This document shows, one piece after another, positions 11,647 to 21,900 of a stretch of 64,000 nt of DNA. Location of the stretch: the NCBI GenBank assembly GCA_964270895.1, contig OZ185438.1; one strand, given 5' to 3'. Made by a program: the position numbers and the translations under genes. Every line of letters begins with the position of its first letter. Position 1 is the stretch's first letter. The DNA comes from Podarcis filfolensis (lineage: Eukaryota). A model generated the notes under the pieces. That model had not been told where the DNA came from, ran no database searches, and worked only from the letters and a program-made list of their open reading frames with translations.

Positions 11647-13027
11647 TACTTTGGCTCATATTTTGACATTTGAAGTTCAGATTGCATCATGCATTTTATA
11701 CCTACTCTAATGAGAAATGCTTTCATATTTTAACGTATCACCATGTGACCATATTTTTAGGGCTGTAATGTTTTGTTTCTTGTGGTTCAGAAGGTTTAGA
11801 ACACTTTTTCCTATTAGTATATTGCTGTTGTCTATGGTACTGAAATATTTTTGGACTTCTCATGCTCAATTTAAAAAATAAACAAATCTCCGGTGGTTAA
11901 TATGATTTGCCGGTGTACGCTAAAGGATATCCCCAAAGAATATTCCTTGCATTTTTAGAAGCTTATGTGCCTGGAAGAGGCCAGCTTCCCAGCTATTAGG
12001 TATTCATATATAATTAATATAAACCACTGAATTAAAATGAACTGCTATTTTAAGTAGATTTGAATATCAATAAGCTCCTCCTTCAGCTGCCCAGGATGGT
12101 GGCGCTCTGTGACAATAAACTTCCCCATATAAACTTCAAGCTGAAATAAATTACCACTAATTTCCTCCTATTATTTCCCAATATGTCCCAGCTAATTAGC
12201 TGTTTAAGTCTCTTAATGTGAAGTATGGGCAAGGCCAATTGCGCATCTACTTGAAACATTCCAATTAAACTTTCCCACACAAATGATCTTGTTTTTATTA
12301 AAGCTCTTTGCATAGTTCCCCCACAATAGATTATTAGGACTTTGAAATTATGATTGCTTTCTTTGTATTCTTCAAAGTGCAGCAGTGCAATAGCTCTGTT
12401 TGAAAACCACGATTGCACAGTTTTGGACAAACGATGAGTGACCATTTTGTTCCATCAACCATATCCCGTATCCCTATGATGTCCTGACATGGCATAGCAA
12501 ATCAAGTTGACTCCAAGCTGAATTGTTCCAAGCTGAACCATTTCTTAGAAACGTTAGATCTCTTAAGAGGCATTTATATATCCAGGACATAATTTGAATC
12601 AGAGCTCACTATGGCTCAGTCTTAACCTTCCTGTTCTTATTTTCAAAGCTAGAGAAATGTGCTGAATGCTATTTCTGAAGCATTAAAATATATGGTCAGA
12701 TAGAGAGGTCTTCTGTGCAGCTGCAGTGCCTTACCTTCAGCACAGAGCAACCACAATCAGCCTCTACATATCCTTTTGACACCGTTCCACAAGAGTGTAG
12801 TTCCACAAGAGTGATATCACTGAGCTCATATCAATTGCCTTTAGGACAGATCTCCCTGTGGTGCAATTCCGTGTTGGAGAGTTCACATTTCAGCAATGCT
12901 GATGAGTCTGGCCCTGATTCTTAGGATCCAGTGTGAACTTGTGTGGTTGCACCACAGGGGAAAGAGACTCCTGAAACAAGCCCAATTAGGAGAAGTGAAG
13001 GAACAGCAAAAACGATGACCAGAAGAC

Positions 13028-13277
13028 CAGAGCCGGATTAAGATCTTTAGAGGCCCTAAGCACTTAAAAGATTTTGGTGCCCCCATATACAACCAATTCA
13101 AAATATAAACAACAATAAACCATAAAAAAATGAAATAAAACCTATAATAAGATGGAAAATAATGTTTGTTTTTGTATACTTCCACTTTATTTATATTTTA
13201 TTTTTCCCCCTGTAGTGCCCCCTCCCCTTGATGCCCTAAGCACGTGCTTATTTTGCTTAATGGTTAATCCAGTCTTG
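13028..13277. mobile_element. hAT-type MITE just upstream of the CpG island
   Basis: Imperfect TIR CAGAGCCGGATTAAG / GTTAATCCAGTCTTG; exact 8-bp TSD CAGAAGAC (13020-13027, 13278-13285). Confidence 0.75.
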
Positions 13278-13759
13278 CAGAAGACCAAGGTAGGATTGCA
13301 TTCAGGTGGCACAGAATCTTTTCATCACTTTTCAGCTGTTTTCAGTCTATTGCTATTTTAACTTTTTGAAAGTTTTAAATTCTTGTTAACTTTTCTTACT
13401 GGTAATTTTAATGTTTTAGGGGGGGGTTGTACACCGCCTTGAGGGTCGTTGCCGTTTCTACAATAAGCCGCGTACATATTTTATGAAATAAAGAAACATA
13501 ATGCTGTGGCTCAAAGCCCTGAAAAATATGGGGGTGGGGAAGGGCAGCGGGAAATATTTGGGGAGCATCCATTACACCTCTCTCCTCCTTGGAGCCACCC
13601 CGGGGTTGCAGTATTCGCACAAACACTCCTCAGTGGCACACGTGAGTGACGCCCACACCTGTGCGCGCGTGTGTTTGTGTGGGGAGCATTCTGATTGGCC
13701 CGGGTCAGACGTCGTTTGCTCAGGGCAGATGCCTCGATTCCCCTCAGGTCTGCCCCTCT

Positions 13760-14148
13760 CCAATTCCTCTCAAAAACAGCTCTTGTGGGCGACCTCTCCC
13801 TGGCACGAGAGAGGGTTGCCTGTGAGGGACGCCTCGAACCCAGAGGGCTTGTTCCGCCTTCCCCGGAGGGAGAGAGAAGAGCTTCCCGAGTCGTGCGTCC
13901 GACGTGGGGCTGCCAGGACTCGTGTGTGGAAAGTGCTGCTGGACCCTTTGCCGTCAGGGCGGCGGCGGCTTCATTGCGGCTCCTCCCCTTCAGGTGGAGG
14001 CGCAGAACTAAGCAACGAGCAACGGCGGCCGCAGCAGCAGCAGCAGCAGCTGAAGAAACGGGAGCTGCTCCCGTTTCCTCCCTCTTTGCTGGACCGCGCT
14101 TCGCTTTGGGCTCTTCTGGAAGGGCGCCGGGCGAGGAAGGCGGCTGAG
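13760..14148 (+). other. Probable non-coding first exon (start approximate)
   Basis: Lies downstream of the CCAAT/CRE cluster, contains (CAG)6 at 14032-14049, and ends at the consensus donor GAG|GTGAGT (14149). Confidence 0.6.
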
Positions 14149-14404
14149 GTGAGTTCTGAGGGGAGGCTGTCGAGGGGCAGGCGGGGCTCGAGAACGCCCT
14201 CGGCAGCCAGAGAGAGAGAAGCTCCCCTAAAGTCTGCCGGTGCTGAAGTCTCCTCAGCGCCGTGGTTTAGGGAAGGGCTGCAACGTGGGGCTCCGAATAA
14301 CTTTGACTCTATTCGCCCGGAAGGTGAAGCGTCCTGTTTATTTCTTGCATTTATATCCCACCTTTTCCTCCAAGGAGCTCAAGGTGGCGGACACGGTTCT
14401 CCGA

Positions 14405-14558
14405 CTCCCCTTCCTCATTTAGCCTCCACAACAACCCCGTGAGGTAGGTTAGACTGAGAAGCTAGCTCCAGGTTTCCCAGTCAGCTTCGTGGGGCTGTGG
14501 GGACCCCAAGCCTGTTCTCCCAGGCTCTAGCCCGACACACTAACCACTATACGACACT
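14405..14558 (-). mobile_element. Squam3/MIR-like SINE
   Basis: ACAACAACCCCGTGAGGTAGGTTAGACTGAG...ACACTAACCACTATACGACACTG is the reverse complement of the family seen at 41998. Confidence 0.7.
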
Positions 14559-15488
14559 GTCCCTCTCTGCCGTTTCCCTGGTTTTGTAGGCTTGCTCCTT
14601 ACTAGGGTGGGTGTGTGGAGAGCCGGTGGGAGGTGAACCCAGAAACTGAGGTATTTTCCCAGTCCCTGTTATGGCCAAGTGCCACTGGGTGTGGTGGAGA
14701 AGGCGTTCTCAGGTTGAAAAGGGAGGAACGGAGGACCCCATCCGTCAGGCGGGCAGTCGATTGCATTTGGCTTGGAAGTGGTAAGGGACTCGCTCCATTT
14801 CCCCTCGCTGCGCGGCTCCGAACCCCCTCGAAACTTTCCCAACTTGCAATTTCCGAAGCAGTAAGGCAGTTCAGGGTGGCAGCGTGGGTGATGAAGGGGA
14901 GGGCGGACACGGCACCGCCAAAGTCGCCTAGAGGGGGAAAGTGAGGGACCTGAATGATGCTGAAATAGCGAGGCTTTTTGTCAAACCTCCAGCTTCTTCA
15001 CAGCTCATTGAGGAACTCAGCGAGTGAGTTAATGGGGGGGAAATGTGATTGTGAAAGGATTAAAACAAGGGCACACGCACCCTTTAATCCTCATCTGCTG
15101 CAAAATTGCATTATACGCACTCTTGAGGAGATGTCTTGAGCTTGGATGCAATAAAAGTCATAAAACAAGCCCCAGAATGTGCACCCAAAAATATATATTG
15201 TACTTGCTTTATATATCGTGGCAACCATCCAGGAGAGGTGCAGATGCTTTATCTTGCTGAAATTAATAGGCTTAAGCACAACTAACTCTGAGTTGGAATG
15301 TGGCCTGTGTGTTTGTGGCATTGCACAGATTTGCTACCAGTAGATAGTAGTGTACAGTGCAAATTACAATAAAGGATTTGGTTTACTGGATCAATTCCAG
15401 CAGACTATCCAGTCAAAGTTGTTAGCAAACTATGTCCTGTGAACAGGATTCCTTCTTTTTTCTGTCACCATTGCAATGTGCCTTAACC

Positions 15489-15830
15489 TAAGGATGGGGA
15501 ATATAAGGCTTAGCAAACAAATGTGGCCCTCCAGGCCATTCTGTCTGGCCCCCAGAACTCTCTCCAGGCCTCACTCCTCACTGGCCCTGCCCCACTCCCA
15601 ACTGTTTTTGCCTAGCTGGAATGTGTCCTTGAACTAGATACTGTACAATCCCTATTGCTTGTCTGGATGAAGGATAAAGAGGGGTGTGTAGAAACTAGCC
15701 CACCGTACAGAGGCCAAATTTGTATTCATTGCTCTGCCTACTTTTGCCTCTGACTCCACCCACCACTGGCATGTGGCCCTCAGAAGGTTACCCAAAGGCC
15801 CTCAGGGTGAAAAATGTTCCCTCACTTGGG
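15489..15830. mobile_element. Older hAT-type MITE
   Basis: Exact 8-bp TSD CCTTAACC (15481-15488, 15831-15838); decayed TIRs; repeated GGCCC subterminal motifs. Confidence 0.6.
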
Positions 15831-17559
15831 CCTTAACCCCTTGCTGTCACCCTCATAACTCTCAGGCTGCAGTCATATGCACATTTATGAGGGATTACAA
15901 TGAGACTTACTTATGAGTAACAATGCAGCAGACTGAACAACATCTCTATCTGTTCAACCATTTCCAATGGTTTGGGGATTTTTAATACATTGCTGTTGTT
16001 ATTTTGTGTAATGATAGAGTGAGTGGCTACAGTTATACCCAGCGGTCTGACTTTTTTGTCCTAGTTTGCAGTTTATTAGAGTTTAGTAATACAGAAGTTA
16101 CTTTTTAGTGCAAAGGCCCAATCCCACAATGCTTTGCTGTAACATAATCATGGAAATGCGCACACACAAAAAAACATTCTTCCCAATGAGCAGAAGTCTT
16201 CTGGAGGAGATATGGAAATGACACTTATCTAAATACTGCTGTTTCTTCTGATGGTGATTTTATATGGAAGAATTCCAAATGGCTTATAAAAGAAGTAAAC
16301 AGCTCTTCTTTTTTGCCAAGGCAATGGGGAAAGTTTGAGTCAAATTGAAGCACTCCGCCTTTGCCCAAAGTTACAGTTAAGACTAGCCTAAAACTGGTTA
16401 TCCCGACTTGGTATCCAAGGCTGCATTCACACTGCAGCAATAGATGGAAGGGTTTTCTCAGTTTCCAGCACTGTTTCATTGCATATACTTCCACTATTAG
16501 GGAAAAGGAAGGACTAGCAAATGAAGGACAGTAGGCCTGGTTTTACAGGGAAGCATGGAGAAACGTTTAAATGGATATGGGGAAATAGGTAGACAAGAAC
16601 TTCAGTGTGTTCATATCCCAGAGTGAGGTGCAAGTGAAGGAATGAGAAGGAGAAGTGGAAACCAAAACTCATTGATGGACATGATGCTCAGTGCATCATT
16701 AGAAACCGCATCACATACTACAGCATGCAGGGTGGTTTAATTCTTCCCTCATGACTAAGCCAATATCCCAGCAAAAACCACCCCTGCAGTGCTATTAGCC
16801 TTGGGTGGGAGGCTACCGTTGGGAGCTTGGTTCCTAAGCACCATGGGAGACCATTTTTTGTTCGGATCATCGCTCCACAGACTGAGAAATATATGGGGGG
16901 ATTGAAGTAGGGGTTTCCAGGCCCTAGATACAGTGTAGAAAAATTCTAATAGATTTTGATGATTCTGATAGCCAACGGGGATGTGCCATATTTGCCTCTC
17001 ATAACACCACTGGAAGGATACTATGTCATGAAGTCAGGTTATCTTAAGTGAGGCACTGTGGGAAAACATGGTATTGTTGCACCTCTGTCGCTGCTTATGA
17101 GTGCAATTAAGTTTAAGCATGACCAGGGAGAAAGCTACCATAAGCTCCCCCACCCGCAAAAAAATCCTAGAATTTCTCCACTGAAATGCCTCACCACTCT
17201 TGCAGTGTGAGAACAGGAAGAGAAAAGAAGGAAATGTTGCTATCAATTGAGGACAAGGTGATAAATGGCTACTAGGCAGAACAGCTATATTCTACCTCCA
17301 CAACACCAGTTTCTGGGAATCATAAGTGGGGAATCACTCCTGAGCTCAGGTTCCTCGTGCAGGTTCCCTATGAGCATCTGGTTGGTTACTATGAGAACAG
17401 GATGCTGAATTCTTCTTGTGTCCTTATGAGGAAGCATTTTTGTTTCAGTGCTAAGTAACACCCGCTGAACTTTATGGGATTTTCTTCTGAGCAGACATGC
17501 TTAGCTGGACCTGTATTAGACACTATCCAAACTGTCTTATGCCATGGTCTAAAAAGGCA

Positions 17560-17620
17560 CACGATGGAGCAGCCTTGCTGAAGCTGAGCAAGTCTGAGCC
17601 TGGTTAGTTATATGGACATG
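17560..17620 (+). mobile_element. 5S rRNA-derived fragment (SINE3-like head or 5S pseudogene piece)
   Basis: GAAGCTGAGCAAGTCTGAGCCTGGTTAGTTATATGGA (17580-17616) aligns by eye to the 5S internal control region GAAGCTAAGCAGGGTCGGGCCTGGTTAGTACTTGGA. Confidence 0.45.
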
Positions 17621-18824
17621 TCGGTTAAGAGCTCAATTCTTTGCAGGGCTTGGTACTCCTATGCATTGGATGAGTTAGCAAGTAAAATAGGAGTGGGAAG
17701 AAAGTTTGCATATTTAGTCCTAATGACTTTGTTCTAATGCATAGGATCGGAAGAATAAATATTTCAAAATTATTGGGGAGGGGGACAGCTAGGGAGACCC
17801 ATTATGTATATAAAAACCTATAGCTGAAGAACACAGCGTTGAGAAATGACTTTTGCACTCAACCTCCTGTCTATTACTATAGAATTTTATTGTTATGATT
17901 TATTGAGAGGATAAAACTTTCTAAAAGCGCACACGCACACTAGAAGTGGAACACTTGATGTCAACTTGAGGTGTAAAACTTGGCATCTCTCCTCATTTGT
18001 TGTACATCACAGTACTGCAGGCAATGAAACCATAGTAAGTTTTACAAGCTTATTTCCAGGTCAATTTAAAAAGAAAAGATGCAGCATTTCTTTTATGTGT
18101 GCTTGGTTTTAGTGTTTGTGTTGAAATGAAAGCTGGAACCAATACTGAAATGTTAAGCTATGAAATATGTAGTTTCATCTTACTACTTTATTTTTGACAT
18201 TATATTTATGATTTTGAGACCCCTTTCCAAAACCCTGGAAATTGGTGTCAGTCATTGCTGACAGTACTAATGTACATAGACCAATGGTCTGACTCATACA
18301 TTTCAAAAATAATTCTGGAAACTAGTTTAGCCACACCAAACTACAATTCCCAACATCCATAACAAACTACAGTTCCCACGACTCTTGTGGGGGCGTACGC
18401 ATGCACACACACACTTTAAATGTGTGGCATGTATGCATCCAGAGTGAGATTTCCTATTTTGGAGCTGCTTCTACAATATCTGAGCAGGGAGCTTTCAGTG
18501 TACAGACAACACACACATTTCTGCAGAGTGGAGAAAATGTAAGCTCCCATTTTCAGAATGTCAGGAGCTGTAGGGACTAGATTGGGATGTGGAGACTCCA
18601 TCAGCTCTGTGTGCAGCTATCCTGTATAGTAAGGCATTGGAGCATTTTGTTATGCAGTGAAGTGTTCCCATGCTCTGGACTGGTTCTGCACACTCAGACT
18701 AGTCATTTGGTGTTCAGAAAGGTTATAAAGGACTTCTGGTTTGGGCCAGAGCTTTGCCTAAGCAGCAGTGGTCTTCCTGGATCTGGTGCATTTTGGTCTG
18801 TACCTCAGTTCTGACTCCTTAGTG

Positions 18825-18961
18825 CAGGCATTCCCAAACTCGGCCCTCCAGATGTTTTGGGACTACAACTCCCACCATCCCTAGCTAACAGGACCAGTGG
18901 TCAGGGATGATGGGAATTGTAGTCCCCAAAACATCTGGAGGGCCAAGTTTGGGGATGCCTG
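18825..18961. mobile_element. Near-palindromic hAT-type MITE
   Basis: Long TIRs CAGGCATTCCCAAACTCGGCCCTCCAGATGTTTTGGG / CCCAAAACATCTGGAGGGCCAAGTTTGGGGATGCCTG; exact 8-bp TSD CCTTAGTG. Confidence 0.9.
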
Positions 18962-21900
18962 CCTTAGTGCTACACCTTGTTTCTACCTCCTGACTGATCC
19001 ACAGGCTTGTTGCTTACAGCAACATCAGGGAAGAAGTGTAGAAGCAGGAAACACACGTCATGATCATCATTCAGTGGTTTTGGATGAAGAGTCATTAGTC
19101 AGCAGATGGTGCCTCTTGTTCACAATATGAACAAGAAATGCCACATCAAGTGATGGTTAGACACAGCATCACTTCAAGATATATTATTGAGGGAAAATAT
19201 GTCATCCCCAGTGGATACTCTGAATGCAACGCCACAAGGCTGATGGGGGAGTGGGGCAACCTAGCCACCTCCTGAAGTGCCTGCAAATCTATTTCCTGTA
19301 GAAGAAAGAACCTCACCACCCACTTACCTTTAACATTCTGAGAAACCCCTCCAAGATTAAATGCTCTGAATGCTAAAAAAAGAAGTGTGTGCTAATTATT
19401 TAAGTTCAACACTGAAAGATCAAGAGGCATCAGTAGAGAGTGTGCTTGCCCATCTAAACCACCACTTTTCTTGATAATACACAGTGAAGAAAGGGCCTGA
19501 TCCTTTCCTAATAACCATGCTAGGATTCTGCCAAGAGGCAATTTAAGTGATTTATATCCTGTGGATATGTCACTGCATAACATATTGTGGAGAAATGAAG
19601 GTTACAGGATTTTTATGGACTTTTGAGGTTTTGTACTTTGTCAACAGCGTAAATCCAGGCTAACCTGTCTCTTTGCCCATTAGAGTTACCTTAAATTAAC
19701 CAAGATGGACAATAGTTAATTTAGCTTCATGTCATTAATTATATGTGTTGAGCACATCTGTTGCTTTTGCAAACCAAGGTTTATAGTGACTAAAGTAGTG
19801 CACTGACAATAGAATAAAAGAACTTGAACTGCATTTTATTATTTGGTGTCAAGATCATTTAGAACATTTCAAAGAGGTTTATGACCATTATGATTTGTGG
19901 CAATTATGGGAGGTGAAATCTTTGGTGGCACATTGCTCTTTCTTCTTGTCCTTCATTGTCCTTTTATTGATGCCAGGCCCAGTGCTGCACATATGTAGCT
20001 CTAAAGACGTGAGAGGTCACCAAGTCTTCCAGCAACTGAAGGCTTCTAATAAGGCTGTAAAATTGGAAATTACTCTTTTCTTTAGACTATTTTTGAACGG
20101 ATGTCTGTCTTTCCAGCATGGTGAGCAATGGAAGGAAAGGTTTTCTGATGTCAGTTCCCTTGGAGCATACAGATCGTTCTGTGAAGTAACTGATCTGAAC
20201 TATCTCAGAAAATTGACATCAGATTTAACCTCTTGCCAGAGCTCAGCTCACTGCAACAGCTCAAAACTTCATCATCCCAGGGAGTCAAGTTGATGAAAAC
20301 TTTGAGGACCTCTTACAGTAGTCAGATGAAAATGGTAAAAACTACTTCTGGTGGAGTTTCTTCAGCTGTTATTTGTAAAGGGAGTGGTTTCATCTGTTTG
20401 CACCTGAACTGGGATGGAGAATTATATACCTGATGAGATGTTCATCAAAGGCTTTGCAGTCATTTCTAAATATCAGGGATGGGAGTCTGTGACCTTCTTG
20501 GTTTACATAGAGTACAACTCCCATCAAAGCTGACCCCTGCTCATGCTTCCTGGGGCTGGTGAAAGTTGGAGTCCAACACCCATTGTGTGGATTCACTTCC
20601 TGAATTCTGTGTGGTATGTGTGGATAAGATCTAGAATAAATAAGCAAGGAAATGCAGCAATAATGCAATTGTGCAGATTTTAATGAGAGGAAAAGAACTA
20701 ACATTTTTGTTTTACCTACATTGGTCTTTTGAAGGTGAGATGTGGTGATAAAGCTAACAATAGTTTGACAAATGGATGACAGTGTTAATATTTCTATTAA
20801 TACTAGTCAGTTAACAATGCATTATGGCAAGTGTAGACAACATGGTGCTTTCAAGATGTTGTTGGACACCAACTCCGATTATCCCAAGGCAGCATGGTTA
20901 GCGGCCAGGGATTTGGGAGTTGCCATCCAATAACATCTGGAAGGCATGACATTGACTACCACTGTGTTAAGGTGTGTCAAGGGTTATGTGCTAAGATTGT
21001 CTGGCCCTGCCTCCTTTGGGGTCTGGTCCCACCCATTACTGGAATGCAGCCCCTAGGAGTTTTTTACGCAGTTAATACAATCCTCAGGCTGAAAAAAGGC
21101 AGGTTTTTAGGATAATAGGTTTTTCCATTGGTATGGAGCAGCTCTGTCGTTGACAATGCTTTAAAGTAGCTTCTCTGTGTGAATCTGGAAATTACATAAC
21201 CAGACAATGATATTGACTATCCATCTTTATATCTATATTTCCATTGCTCCCTCCTCACATTCAAGCTTCTGTATTCTATTCCACCTCCACCATTCAAGGC
21301 ACTACAAAGGCATGTAAGAGGCATGAAGGCCTTGTGTGTTGCCTCAAACTTTCCACCCCAGCCTATGCATAAGTTCCAATAAAGCAACTGAACTACTGAA
21401 TAACGATGCTTAAAACTATGCCATGCTGATTCTAGGGCAGATAGTGTTAGGATCAGTTAGTGCAACTTGCATCTGCAAGTTCAGCTATTCCGCATAAGAT
21501 GTGAAATGTTTGGCTGAGACATTCTTAGCTGAAGGCTTGCCTATCAACACTTGTTTTTACACAGTGTTTTTAGAAAACACTGTGTGGACATATCTTACTA
21601 ATAAAATGCTAGATAATGGTTTAATTGAGCATTATTATATATTGGACTTCAATCCTCAGAGCCTTTTCAGGCATTCTTAATGCCTAATGACTCTTCTTCT
21701 ACACCCAGCACTGCATCAAAAGCAGCAAACATTAATCTTCACTGAAGTTGAATAATACAAGAAATGTTAAAGGAATAAGTAGCACAGAGCACTGATGACA
21801 CATTGTCACAGTGACTGATTTTAGCCCTTAAAAAACAACAACCCTAAGACCAAGGGCAGCATCTATATTGCATACTTTTAAAGTTCGTTACAGAGTCTGG

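Larger units (their letters stand above)
13560..14950 (+). promoter_or_regulatory. CpG island / promoter of the host gene
   Basis: Sharp rise in GC and CpG against an AT-rich, CpG-poor background. E-box CACGTG 13639-13644, half-CRE TGACG 13647-13651, GCGCGC 13662-13668, reverse CCAAT box 13694-13698, GACGTC 13708-13713. Confidence 0.85.

Noticed and set aside
13501-14442. 313-aa ORF (and overlapping 150-aa ORF) across the CpG island, with poly-Q or poly-A
   Set aside because: Long stop-free frames are expected in GC-rich DNA. It starts upstream of the promoter motifs, runs through a consensus donor into a SINE, and shows no recognisable domain.
19895-20433. ORFs of 132 and 66 aa with a faint resemblance to a hAT transposase C-terminus in a third frame
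   Set aside because: The similarity is too weak to support by eye, there are stops, and I found no TIRs or paired splice sites.
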